DNA of 64,000 nt, from NCBI GenBank assembly GCA_964016885.1, contig CAXHJY010001232.1:62001-126000 (forward strand), written 5' to 3'. This stretch comes from Eledone cirrhosa (lineage: Eukaryota). Below, piece by piece: positions 36,400-49,110 of the stretch (its first letter is position 1; each line of letters starts with the position of its first letter). Below the pieces are notes generated by a model, which worked only from the letters and a program-made list of their open reading frames with translations, did not search any database and was not told the origin of the DNA. A program made the translations under genes and the position numbers.

Positions 36400-39300
36400 T
36401 AGACAGTCAACGCGATCAGTCGCATATTTTGGCGTGGGAGACTATTTATTAAATTTAAGATGAATACTCTCTCCGACAGTAATTCCACAACTACAGTCAT
36501 GTTGAATAACTGGTTATTCTTCTAACTATATCTTCTGAAGACACCTTTTATTCGAATTCGTAGAGATATCCGACTAAATACATAATTCATTTTACAAGGA
36601 TTTGCTACAAACAGCATGGCTTCAACAAAAAAAATTAAGGAAGTACCGAAGACAAGGAATGTAATCAAACTTTATTCAGTTGTAGCTACAGAAGAAACTG
36701 AAATTATAAATCTTATTTCTCTTGGAGTTGCGAACTTAATAATCATTTATTTAATTGTTATAAAATGGCAAAAAACAATCCCTCCATTTGCTATATGAAT
36801 AGAATGAAGCTACACTGGGACGAAATGCACCCAGAGCTAAATTATTTCACAGCGAAACAATTACGCCAACAAGCGACGTTTGTTGAACGTAAAAATAAGA
36901 TAAATATTATTAATTCTAAGTCCCAAACATGGAATCAACAACACGTGCTACAGGTCGCCATGCTACTAGACTTCCTAGCAGCCAGGTCGAACAGCGCCTT
37001 GAAACAACTATGCCTGTAAGAAACTTGACACCACCTGTACCATCTAAGTCTACCTCGAATGCTGGGGAAAACACTATCGATAATAATAATAATCGAATAA
37101 ATGTGACACCACGTGTATCATCCGAGTCTACCTCGACTGTTGTGGAAAATACTATCGGTAATGATAATCAAAAGTATAAACAATTGAAAATTTCCCTCAA
37201 CGAAATCTTCCAGAGAGAAATTAACTCATGTATAAATATCTCTCTTGCTGAACGTGTTAAAACGACAATGGTGAATAAAAAACCAAATAATGAAATACTA
37301 CGTGCTATTGACGAAATAGGTGATGAATATTTACGACGGATAAAAACCCCAACATTTTGGCAAATCAACGCCTGTTGCAACGACAGTGAAGCATTATCTT
37401 GGTGATAGCAGAGATATTAACAAGAACAGAACTCCACCAAAAATACCATCATATATAACTAAAATAGAAAAAAAGATTGCTGACCTACGAAAAACCATAG
37501 GATATGTGATAATGCTCCTTACATGCAAACAAACACAAAAAAACCTCACTCCTCACCAACAAAGAGTGAAAAATAAAATAGAGACGATGTTTGGTAATAG
37601 TAGAACCAGAACTCTCCAATATAAGCTGATCACCCTCAAACAAGAATTGAGAGCTGTTAGCGAAAAACGCCGATACCTGAAGAAGGTAGATGAGAGAAAA
37701 GTGCTTAATAAAAGATTCAGACGAAACCACACATCAGTCTATAGAGATATGAAGGGCAAAATAATAAGTGTCACTGAGGGCCCCATCCCAGAAAGACATA
37801 GATTCCTTTTTGAGAAAAATATGGGGTGAAAAGAAGAATTTCAACCAAGATGCAGTGTGGCTAAGAGAAATCTGAAAGAACTATTGCTCCTACACTACAA
37901 CAAAAACATACGAAATAAGTGAGGGTACCCTTGAGACTGTGATAGGAAAACTCCAAGATAAGAAAACACCAGGAAGAGACATGATTGTCGGCTACTGGTA
38001 CAAAAAACTGATATTCTATCGGAGGTATCTTACTGACCTCTACCAACAAGTTCTTAAGGGAGATACACTTATACCAGAATGGTTGACATTAGCACAAACA
38101 TTACTGCTCCCCAAGAACAAAGACACCCACTTGGTAAAAAACTACCGACCCATTGCATGCCAGAACCTGATGTATAAGATGTATACAGCCTGCCTGAACC
38201 TATTCCTCCAAGATCACTGTGAAAATAATAACATCATCACAGATGAACAAGCAGCTGAAAAGAAAGGGGTTTGGGGATGTGCTGAACAACTCCTAATCAA
38301 CAAAACTGCGATGTCGGAGGTGCGACAACTTAGGAGGAATATGGCTACAGTCTGGCTGGACTACAGGAAAGCTTTCGATTCTGTTCTCCACTCTTGGAGA
38401 TAGAGGCCCTCCAACTTGCTAAAGTCCCAGACATTATTGTCAGAGCCATAGAGAGGCTGTCTTTTCTTGGGCTACTATCCAAAGGTTAAATACAGAGAGG
38501 GAGGACTCTATTTTCACTGATAAAATAAAATATTGCAGGGGTATATTTCAGCGGGACAGTCTCTCTGTGATATTATTCATCTTGTCAAACTCCTTGTCCT
38601 TTCTGCTCAAGAAATGTGAGGGATACATCATTGGCTCACAGGAGGACGGAAATACGAACCTAACCCATAATTTCTTTGTGGACGATCTGAAACTCTATGC
38701 CAAGAACATGGATGGGATGAAGAAAAATCTTAACCTGGTTACAACGTTCTCAAAGGATATAGGAATGGAGTTTGGCCAAGATAAATGCTCATACATGACT
38801 GTAAAGCGGGGAAAAACAACAACCCAATCTAGCAACATTTGTATCAATGGCCTAACTGTTTCACCGATATCTGATGAGGACTGCTACAGATACCTGGGAA
38901 TAGATGAGAATATATCCTATAATGGTATCTGTAATAAAGAACGTGTAACCAGGGAATACTACACCCGATTAAGAAAGATCTGGTCATGGGAACTCTCTGT
39001 GCAAAACAAAACAGTGGCTCACAATGTGTTTGCTGTGCCTGTCCTAACACCAACATTTGGAATACTCAATTGGACGATAGACGAAATCCGAGCAGTTGAT
39101 GTTGGAACTCGAAAAATACTGAACAACACCGGAAACTTCCACATCAACAGTGACATAGACCGCCTTTACTTGAAACGTAAGCAGAGAGGCAGAGGCCTAA
39201 CATCAGTCCAGACAACATTTGAATGTCGCATCATATCTCTCCGACAACATCTACGAACCTCGAAGCGTAGGAGCCCGCTTCTCGAGCAAGTCTATCTGCA

Positions 39301-40430
39301 TGAAACAGATAAGATCATGAGAGTTGGGAAGGAACTCCTTGAGAGATATTCCCTGTGTGATAATCAAAAATTCACACCCAGGGATGTCGCTCAGCAGTAT
39401 CGCAGTGAATCCATGGATGAAAAACTGTATGCCTATTAGCAAAAAATCATATATGGATATGTTGCTAGGAAGCTCCAGAGTGAGAGTAATATAGATAAGG
39501 AAAGTAGTCTATCTTGGACCAACAACCGCTATATTGGCTCCCACTTTGAAGGATACGCTTTTGCAATCCGGGAACAGGAGATTAGCACGAAATACCTGAT
39601 TCACAAAAGAGATAGGGATGCAGGCAAAACACCTAGATGTGATAACAAGTGCAGACTCTACAGAACAAACATCGAGGATATCATCCATGTCATCAGCAGC
39701 TGTCCAAAGATGTCATTGCGGTACTATCTACCTATGAGGCATGATGTAGTGGCCAAAACACTGTACAATGCAGTTCGTAAAAAAGATAACCTCGATAATA
39801 AACACATTAAAAGCTACAACAATGTGGAAGACATCCAATTACATAATATGAAAGAGTACTGGTGGAATGTTCCAGTAAAAACCCCAATAAAATGCAGGCA
39901 TAACAGACCAGATATTATGCTATGGGACAGGGAGAAGAAAACACGCACAGTAGTGGAAATTAGCTGCCCAGCAGATGCCAATATAATATCAAAGATTAGT
40001 GAAAAGGAGAATATTTATGCAGAACTGATGAGAAATCTGCAGATACTCCACCCTTATTACACCTTCAGATTTATGCCTGTGATTATTGGGGCACTGGGGT
40101 ATGTTAGTAACTGCCTCAATACAAATCTTGAGAAGCTAGGCTTCACAGGAACAGAAAGAACACAACTAGTTAGGAAATTACAAGTACAATCCATTAATGG
40201 AACAGTAAAAATATGTAAAACATTCCTAAAAACTGCATATACACATGACACATACAACCCAAAACATCCACATCCACACATACAATAACATCCATATCTA
40301 CACATGCATGCATACATACATATCTACCTAGTTGATGTTGTGTAAATTCCAATGAGAGAGTCTTGTGTCTGTGTTAGAAACCAACTCTCTCTATTGGGAA
40401 TAAAATTTGTGAAATGATAAACCAGAAGAA
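36400..40430 (+). mobile_element. R4/Dong-clade element copy B (different subfamily), directly tandem to copy A
   Basis: Same domain order (FFVDDLKLY, CRL.....EDIIHVISSC, RHD, RPD). Separated from copy A only by ~20 bp of TACA repeat. Ends in (CATA)n. Confidence 0.9.
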
Positions 40431-40442
40431 CATACATACATA

Positions 40443-41778
40443 CATCAAACCGGCGGACAAGGGAGGCACCGTGGCGGTGTGGCGCGCTGACCTCTACACG
40501 GCCGAAGCACTCAGGCAGCTCCGTAACCCCCTCTTCTACCACCCTCTACTCTCCGATCCCACACCCCTCTACCAACAACAAGTTTCCTCCACCATCCAAC
40601 ACCTTGTCTCCTCCTCCCTCATCCCCCCACCGCTCCCCACCTCATCGTCCGCACCCCCGCACCCCCACTATCTACTTCCTCCCCAAACTCCACAAACCCA
40701 ACAACCCCGGCCGCCCCATCGTCTCCGCTTGCAACTGCCCCACCGAACTCATCTCCGCCTTTCTTGACTCCATCCTCTCCCCCCTTGTCACCCCCCACTC
40801 CCACATCTTCGACACCAACCACGCCCTTCACCTATTCGACTCCTTCACCTTCCCACCCAGCCCACAGCCCTTCCTCTTCACCCTAGATATCAAGTCGCTC
40901 TATACAGTCATCCCCACGCCGACGGCCTACGTGCCCTCAAGCACTACCTCGACCTTGGCCCCTCCCCATCCCCTCCACCCCCACCCTCATTCGCCTAGCC
41001 GAGCTAGTCCTCACCCTCAACTGTTTCTCCTTCTCAGGTGAGTTTTACCGACAGGTCACGGGGGTAGCCATGGGTACAAGAATGGGCCCAAACTATGCCA
41101 ACCTTTTTGTTGGCCAAAGTTGAGGCCCAAATCTTTGCCCAGTACACCGGCCCACGCCCGAACTCTACGGTCGTTACATCGACGACTGTATCGGAGCCAC
41201 GACCCTCACCCGACTCCTTTCTCTCCTTCTTCTGCTCCTTCCACCTCTCCCTCCTATTCACCACCTCTATCTCCACCACCCACGTCCACTTCTTAGACAT
41301 CTCCGTCGCCTTCGACCCCTCCCACCACTCCCTCGTCACCTCCGCCTTCTTCAAACACACCGACTCCCACTCTTACCTCGACTTCACCTCTTCCCACCCC
41401 ACACACACTAAACGCTCTATTCCCTACTCCCAACTCCTCAGGATCCGCCGCCTCTGTAGCCGAGATGCCGACTTTGAGTCCCAGGCCCTTTCCCTAGTCA
41501 GCCATTTCATCTGCAGAGGTTACCCCCCTCTCTCGTCCACACCGCTCTCACCCGCGCCCGTGCTGTCCACCGCTCCACCACCCTCACCCCACGCCACCGC
41601 CCCACCACCCCGCAACTAACATCACTAACCCCCCCCCCCCGACCCCACGCACCCGAACACCCACACCCACTTACACCACAAACACACACACACACACCAG
41701 TACACTACATTCCCTCCACCGGCCCCCACACCTTTCTCTCATCCTCCCCCTCCCCGCTCCACCCACACCCCTTCACAC

Positions 41779-41844
<66 letters not shown>

Positions 41845-42847
41845 CCCACTACCACCTCTACTAATACACACACCTCTTCCCCACTCCAACTTTCACACCT
41901 ACCCATCCTCTCCCCTGTTCACCGCACCTCCGCACACACTGACACACCGACTTTCTCCACTTACCATTCTCCCCGACTGCTGCTATGCCCTGAATCTCTG
42001 ACCACCTCTCCGCACACACAGACACACAACCCTCCTCCTGCCTTGACCCTCTGACCAATTCCTGTTGCGCGCGCACCCCCACATCTCCCCTCTTCCGACC
42101 AACCCAGCCACGGATTACACACATTGGACATCGCTCCCAAGAATCAACTCCATCACAAGGAAATTACCCAGCATCCCACCACATCCTCTACGGAATTACC
42201 TTAAGAACTCACCCACGGACATATACTCAAAACATTTTTTCTTTCCCACACGCCACCTAGATCCGCAACACGTATAAACACCACACACACGTGCGTACCA
42301 CCATATATTTACACACTCAGCCTCCGGAATCCTCTTCCCCACCCCTCTGACCCCTCCCCATCCACACACGCACACACACACACGTACACCTACACACACA
42401 CCTTTTCCTGAACATGCAACCCCGTTCTTCCCCCAACTCTTACTTTCACATACACACACACACACACACACACGTACACCTACACACACACACCACCTTC
42501 AGCCCTTCCCGCTCGGACACCCCGCCTCCCTCTCCCCACCCCACTCACCACCACCACCCCTACACGCCCCACACCCTTCCACCACTTGTTTTACTTCATG
42601 TTTATTTTTATTTTTATTATGCTTTTATATTTAATTTCATTTGTACCCTTTCCCCCTCACCCTTTTTTATTCTATATGTCTCTCCACCACTCCCCTACAC
42701 ACCCTTGGAACTCTCTTCCCACACACTTTTCGCCTGAAGAAGGGCTTATGCCCGAAACGTCGTTCCCCACCATCACCCTACTCTCAAGAGCATGGAACTA
42801 ATAAACCCTTGTTCGTACTGCCTCTCTGTTTTGTTCCCGTTCAATTT

Positions 42848-42851
<4 letters not shown>
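40443..42851 (+). mobile_element. Penelope-like element, 5'-truncated, C-rich; no GIY-YIG domain recognisable; ends in (TA)n
   Basis: IKPADKGG, YFLPKLHK..PGRPIVS, LDIKSLYT, GVAMGT, YIDD, FLDI, SIPYSQ. Hammerhead motif near the 3' end. Confidence 0.87.
42731..42764 (+). ncRNA. Minimal hammerhead ribozyme motif (PLE type)
   Basis: CTGAAGA-A-GGGC-TTAT-GCCC-GAAA-CG-TC: canonical core, stem II, palindromic ACGT stem III, GUC site. Stem I is weak. Confidence 0.75.
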
Positions 42852-42900
<49 letters not shown>

Positions 42901-43444
42901 TCACAGATACATACGCACAAACACGAGTAGGCAGCACACATGTATAGAAGCAAAACCGCAATATGTTCTCTTGTTTCGTACATTTAACTATTATCTTTTT
43001 GAATGTTTTTATTTATCAGTATCATTACAATGTCATACTGATATATACATTAAACTCTGAAAATTTCAGAATTTCCATTAATAGAATTAATTTTAAGAAT
43101 GGAGGGTTATGGGTTGATGCAATCACAACTAGTGTTACTGTGTACAACTGGGCATAACATTAAATTTTACATTCTTTAGTTAACTTAGCTGCTAATAGGT
43201 TCGTTTTGGCAATACATGGGCCAAGTATGACAGTATATTCTTATGCAACATTTCTAAGGAAGAATATAGTAGACTGAAGCGACCACAGTACATGGTCGTT
43301 ACTTAGTGTATCAGCTTCCTGCAAAATGAAAGATACGATTTTATAGATTCATTATTTCAACATTCATCTTCTCTCTTATTTTTGAGTCATTTCTCTTTCG
43401 AAGGTGAAGCATTTATTTTGCTTTTTTTAATGGCTAGAATATAT

Positions 43445-43675
43445 GCGGCTTGCCACACCTGCATAAACATCCACGCCACCAATGTTGTCCAAGGGAAAGG
43501 CAATGATCGATACAGCTTGGCACCAGTGACGTCGCAACTCATTTCTACAGCTGAGTAAGCTGGAGCAACGTGAAATAAAATGTCTTGCTCAAGGACACAA
43601 TGTATCAGCCTGTCTGAGAATCGAACTCACAACCTCCTGATTGCAAGTCCAACGCTCTAACCACTAAGCCACGAG
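43445..43675 (-). mobile_element. Second tRNA-derived SINE family copy
   Basis: Minus-strand head GTGGCTTAGTGGTTAGAGCGTTGGAC...GAGTTCGATTC (A/B boxes), followed by TGTGTCCTTGAGCAAGACA. Confidence 0.75.
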
Positions 43676-44029
43676 GAGTGAAACTAACACCGATGAAACA
43701 TCCAGTCCAAGCTCTATCATTTCTGCCAGCTTACAATTCTTACTTCAATATATTTTGTTTTTTCGAGAGTGGTGGATTGACAGATGTGGTAGGGTTTCCA
43801 ATAAAATGTCATTGCAGTATTTGTCCTGATTCTTTAAATTCAAAATTCCAATCCGGTCGGAATCAACTTTGACTTTTATCCTTCTGTGGACAATAAAATA
43901 AAGTAAGAGTCAAGTTCTGAGGTAGATTTACTTTGCCCTTCCTTCACATTTGTGAAAATGGATTCTGCTTTGAAGTTTATCTCCCAAGATACACCAAAAT
44001 AAATAATCTATAGTAAATATTGATTCTAG

Positions 44030-44885
44030 AACGAGGTTCTCCCAGTCATTCTCCAATATTTCCATCAGTGTGCTTTTAATGCAATACCTGTACCTCAATT
44101 TTGATTTACCATCGACCAGCTCACCATACAGGAACTGCCTAAGGAAGCGATCACCATCCATTCTCACTATATGACCATTCCATCTAAATCAATGTTGATG
44201 TATGAGGGACCCTATGCTTAGTAGACCGATTGTGTTCAAGGACCTCAGTGCCACTCGAGGACCTCAGTGCCACTCGAGGACCTCAGTGTCACTCGAGGAC
44301 CTCATTGTTACTCATGGACCTCAGTGTCACTCGAGGACCCCAGTGTCACTCATGGACCTCAGTGTCACTCGAGGACCTCAGTGTCACTCGATGACCTCAG
44401 TGTTACTCGAGGACCTCAGTGTCACCCATGGACCTCAGTGTCACTCATGGACCTCAGTGTCACTCGAGGACCTCAGTGTCATTCGAGGACCTCAGTGTCA
44501 CTCGAGGACCTCAGTGTCACTAGAGGACCTCAGTGTCACTAGAGGACCTCAGTGACACTCGAGGACCTCAGTGTCACTCGATGACCTCAGTGTCACTCGA
44601 GGACCTCAGTGTCACTCGAGGACCTCAGTGTTACTCGAGGACCTCGTGTCACTCGAGGACCTCAGTGTCACTCAAGGACCTCACTGTCACTAGAGAACCT
44701 CAGTGTCACTCGAGGATCTCAGTTTCACTCGAGGATCTCAGTGTCACTCGAGGACCTCAGTATCACTCACGTACATTTTCCAGTGGAGGCCCTGTGTACG
44801 TCCAAGGCCCTGTTGGTGAAAGTGCTCCAACCTTTTGAGATGCCTTCGATATGTGACCGATGTCTCAGATACATACGACAAAGAG
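44030..44885 (-). mobile_element. Old RTE-BovB fragment hosting a minisatellite
   Basis: Minus strand reads KRLEHFHQ..HWKMYVSDTEVL...RWNGHIVRMDGDRFLRQFLYGEL, homologous to 45366-46199. Confidence 0.75.
44240..44768. repeat. 19 bp minisatellite (GAGGACCTCAGTGTCACTC), roughly 28 copies
   Basis: Direct tandem units without spacers. Confidence 0.95.
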
Positions 44886-44949
44886 GACAAAACACAAGCA
44901 TTATACACTTTTAACTTTGTCTCAATTGAAATACCATGCTGAGATCATC

Positions 44950-45091
44950 CATACCTACACATGCATGCATGCAGACATGCATACATATCTACCTAGTTGA
45001 TGTAAATTCCAATGAGAGAGTCTTGTGTCTATGTTAGAAACTGACTCTCTCTCTATTGGCAAAAATTTGTGAAATTATAAAACAAGAAGAA
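44950..45091 (+). mobile_element. R4 subfamily-B 3' end fragment
   Basis: Matches 40290-40430 and is followed by (CATA)n. Confidence 0.85.
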
Positions 45092-45107
45092 CATACATAC
45101 ATACATA

Positions 45108-46860
45108 CATGATGATGGCTGCCCCCTCGTTATCGAGTATGGCCATTGCACGAGGAGAAAAAAAAAAAAGAAATATATATATATATACACACATACATAT
45201 ACATATATACGCACATATATATATATACATACACACATATACATTAATAACAATAATAATAATAATAATAATAACAACAATAATAATATACATATATATA
45301 TATATATATACACACACACGCGCACACATAAACATATCTATACACACACATACACACGATAGCAACTAACAGCGCTGCGATCGAATGTGGCTTTTTAGCC
45401 CAGCCAATGAACTAAAATGTTTTGCACAGAGTCGGCAACCAAAACATTCACTGGGAATAGCCGGCTGTGGTTGGAGTTCATGTACTTTTGCATGTTGCTG
45501 GAGCCCTCCTGCTGATTTACATTCTCTACCACATGTTTGGCAAGCATGATGAGTAACATCTCCAACAGCAGCCTGGTAGTCAACCACTGGTCTTACTTTA
45601 TGACTGCGAAGATGACTTTCGAGTCCAGCTTTGCTTAGGCAGAGTCTCGCACAGACGCTGCATGTCAGCACCATAGGAGGACCCTCGCCGTCTGGAAGTG
45701 CAACAGCAATGCCCTTCCTCACATCCCGCATTACCTTCTCGTATGCGATTCGAGATGCCTCAAAGGCAACTTTCCCCTCATATACAGTCTTTCTCCATTT
45801 ACTACGATCAGCAGCAATATTTTCCCATGTATCAGCAGAGATGTTAGCGTCTTTCAGAGAGGCTTTCAAGGAATCCTTATACCTCTTTTTTGGTTTATGT
45901 GGCGGTCGTTTTCCTTTAACCAACTCTCCATAAAAGAGTTGTTTTGGTATTCTAGAATCCTTCATCCTGGCAAGGTGACCACTCCAACGGAGTCGTTGCT
46001 TAAGCACAAGAGCTTCTATACTGTCACACATAGAGCTTTCCAAAATCTGGACATCACTGATGTGGTCCCTCCAGTGAACGCCATGGACCCGTCTGAGACA
46101 CATCTGATGGAAACGCTCCAATTGCTTAAGGTGGTGTCGATATGTGACCCAGGTCTCGCAAGCATAAAGAAGACAAGAGAGCACACATGCCTTGTACACC
46201 TTTACCTTTGTCTTCTTGCATATGTCTCGCCGACCCCAGATCGCCTTTCTAGCTTTCCGAAAGCATCACTTGCTTTCCTAATCCTAAGTGAGATTTCACT
46301 GTCAAGGTTGCTGTATCGATTGACAGTGCTTCCCAGGTAGACAAACTGATCAACCACTCCAAGTCGTTTGCCATACACATAGATATTTGGTTCAGTGTAC
46401 TGCTTACCAGGGGCAGGTTGGTACATGACGACGGTTTTCTTGAGACTGACAGTTAGACCTAGGGCAGTGCAAGCGTCAGAAAATGCATTCAAAATGTGCT
46501 GCATATCACTCTCTGTGTGCGCTACAAGATCGCAATCATCTGCATACAAGAGGTCTCTTATGATTGATGTAAATACTTTTGTCTTTGCAGCAAAGCGCCT
46601 GATGTTAAATATGCTGCCTCAGGTTCGATATCGGATGTAAACACCATGCTCGCAATTCCTGAATGCAATACAGAAAACCATTGCAAAGTATATGGCAAAC
46701 AGGGTCGGTACTGGAATATCCCCCTGTTTCACTCCATTTTTTACTGAGATAGGCTCCGACATGTTACCTCCGACATTAACCCAAGCCTTCATGTCGTCAA
46801 GGAAAGACCTAACTAAAGCAAGGAACTTATCAGGGCAACCAAGTTTCTGGAGAACCTTCC
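45108..46860 (-). mobile_element. RTE-BovB-like LINE, 5'-truncated, with three C-terminal C2H2 fingers
   Basis: GVKQGD..PTLF, LLYADD, LLYACETW, QRLRWSGH, IPKQLFYGEL. Its 3' end GGCCATACTCGATAACGAG..CAGCCATCAT+(GTAT)n is at 45108-45152. Confidence 0.9.
45366..46199 (-). pseudogene. RTE-BovB ORF C-terminus (277 aa open segment)
   Basis: CSVC..HLRSH, CQTC..HAKVH and CRLC..HIRS fingers. Confidence 0.85.
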
Positions 46861-46911
46861 ATACATACATACATACATACATACATACATACATACATAC
46901 ATACATACATG

Positions 46912-49062
46912 GATGGTGGCTGCCAACTCGTTTTCGAGTACGGCCACTACTTTATATCCATGTAGGGGAAGCCCTACCGATGCGCTAAACAAGTGTGACT
47001 TTTTAGTCCAGTCAGCGACTTGAAAACTCTGGTACAAACACTACACTTGTGACAATTATTGACACATAGTGCTGGGCCCATGGCACCATGTGACGACAAG
47101 TGCAGAGAGATCTCCAGATATAAAGCAATGCCTGTGCCGTGAAGCTTTTATAGTGAGCAAAGGCACTGCACAAAGCCAGTCCCACTCTCTTAACCAAGAT
47201 GATATTTACCCCAAAAAATAACAAGTCAACATCATTGGATACCATCAGGGTTGTAGGTGTTATATCAGAGTTTTCCTTCTCCTAGAATTCTGCCTTGACA
47301 AAGGCTAAGGGGTCATCTCTCCCGGATATATATACTCATACATACATACACATATACATATATACATGGTGTTTGCCAACTCGTTTTCGAGTACGGCCAC
47401 CACTTTATATCCATGTAGGAGAACCCCCAGCGATGCGCTGAACGAGTGTGAAGGCTAAGGGTCATCTCTCCCGGTGTATTTGGATGGCCATTGACTCTTA
47501 AGAGCTCCTTTGCCCTTTGACAGGTTTTGTTTTTAGTTCTGCAGGATGTCCAAAGTCACTCTCCTCACCAAGAAACCTTGGTGGGGTTGCCAGTTTAGTC
47601 GCCAACGACCCGACCATGAGACAGGTTGTACTGGGATACATGTTATCAGTAGCACCAACAAGATACATACATACATACATACATGGTGGCTGCCAACTCG
47701 TTTTCGAGTACGGCCACTACTTTATATCCATGTACGAGAACTCCTACCGATGCACTGAACGAGTGTGACTTTTTAGTCCAGCCAGCGACTTGAAAACTCT
47801 GGTACAAACACCACACTTGTGACAATTATTGACACATAGTGCTGGGCCCTTGGTACCATGTGACGAGAAGTGCAGAGAGATCTCCAGATATAAAGCAATG
47901 CCTGTGTCGTGAAGCTTTTATAGTGAGCAAAGGCACTGCACAAAGCCAGTCCCACTCTCTTAACCAAGATGATATTTACCAAAAAGAAGAACAAGTCAAC
48001 ATCATTGGATACCATCAGGGTTGTAGGTGTTATATCAGAGTTTTCCTTCTCCTAGAATTCTGCCTTGACAAAGGCTAAGGGGTCATCTCTCCCGGATATA
48101 TATACTCATACATACATACACATATACATATATACATGGTGTTTGCCAACTCGTTTTCGAGTACGGCCACCACTTTATATCCATGTAGGAGAACCCCCAG
48201 CGATGCGCTGAACGAGTGTGAAGGCTAAGGGTCATCTCTCCCGGTGTATTTGGATGGCCATTGACTCTTAAGAGCTCCTTTGCCCTTTGACAGGTTTTGT
48301 TTTTAGTTCTGCAGGATGTCCAAAGTCACTCTCCTCACCAAGAAACCTTGGTGGGGTTGCCAGTTTAGTCGCCAACGACCCGACCATGAGACAGGTTGTA
48401 CTGGGATACATGTTATCAGTAGCACCAACAAGATACATACATACATACATACATGGTGGCTGCCAACTCGTTTTCGAGTACGGCCACTACTTTATATCCA
48501 TGTACGAGAACTCCTACCGATGCACTGAACGAGTGTGACTTTTTAGTCCAGCCAGCGACTTGAAAACTCTGGTACAAACACCACACTTGTGACAATTATT
48601 GACACATAGTGCTGGGCCCTTGGTACCATGTGACGAGAAGTGCAGAGAGATCTCCAGATATAAAGCAATGCCTGTGTCGTGAAGCTTTTATAGTGAGCAA
48701 AGGCACTGCACAAAGCCAGTCCCACTCTCTTAACCAAGATGATATTTACCAAAAAGAAGAACAAGTCAGCATCATTGGATACCATCAGGGTTGCAGGTGT
48801 TATATCAAAGTTTTCCTTCTCTTAGAATTCTGCCTTGACAAAGGCTAAGGGGTCATCTCTCCCGGTGATTTTGGATGGCCATTGACTCTTAAGAGCTCCT
48901 TTGCCCTTTGACAGGTTTTGTTTTTAGTCCTGCAGGATGTCCAAAGTCACCCTCCTCACCAAGAAACCTTGGTGGGGTTGCCAGTTTAGTCGCCAACGAC
49001 CCGACCATGAGACAGGTTGTACTGGGATACATGTTACCAGTAGCACCAACTGGTGACCTGAC
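46912..49062 (-). mobile_element. Cluster of five complete or partial bipartite RTE derivatives, including a 770 bp tandem duplication
   Basis: Units start (on +) at ~46914, 47367, 47684, 48137 and 48454. 47221-47990 is repeated at 47991-48760 (ORF-track entries recur at +770). Confidence 0.88.
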
Positions 49063-49110
49063 ATACATACATACATACATACATACATACATACATACAT
49101 ACATACATAC

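Noticed and set aside
36400-36600. HDV-like ribozyme at the R4 5' end (also 32633-32760)
   Set aside because: Expected by analogy with R2/R4, but no consistent P1/P2 pairing could be built by eye.
44240-44768. CRISPR-like array
   Set aside because: Units are contiguous with no unique spacers, there are no cas genes, the context is eukaryotic, and the unit derives from RTE coding sequence.
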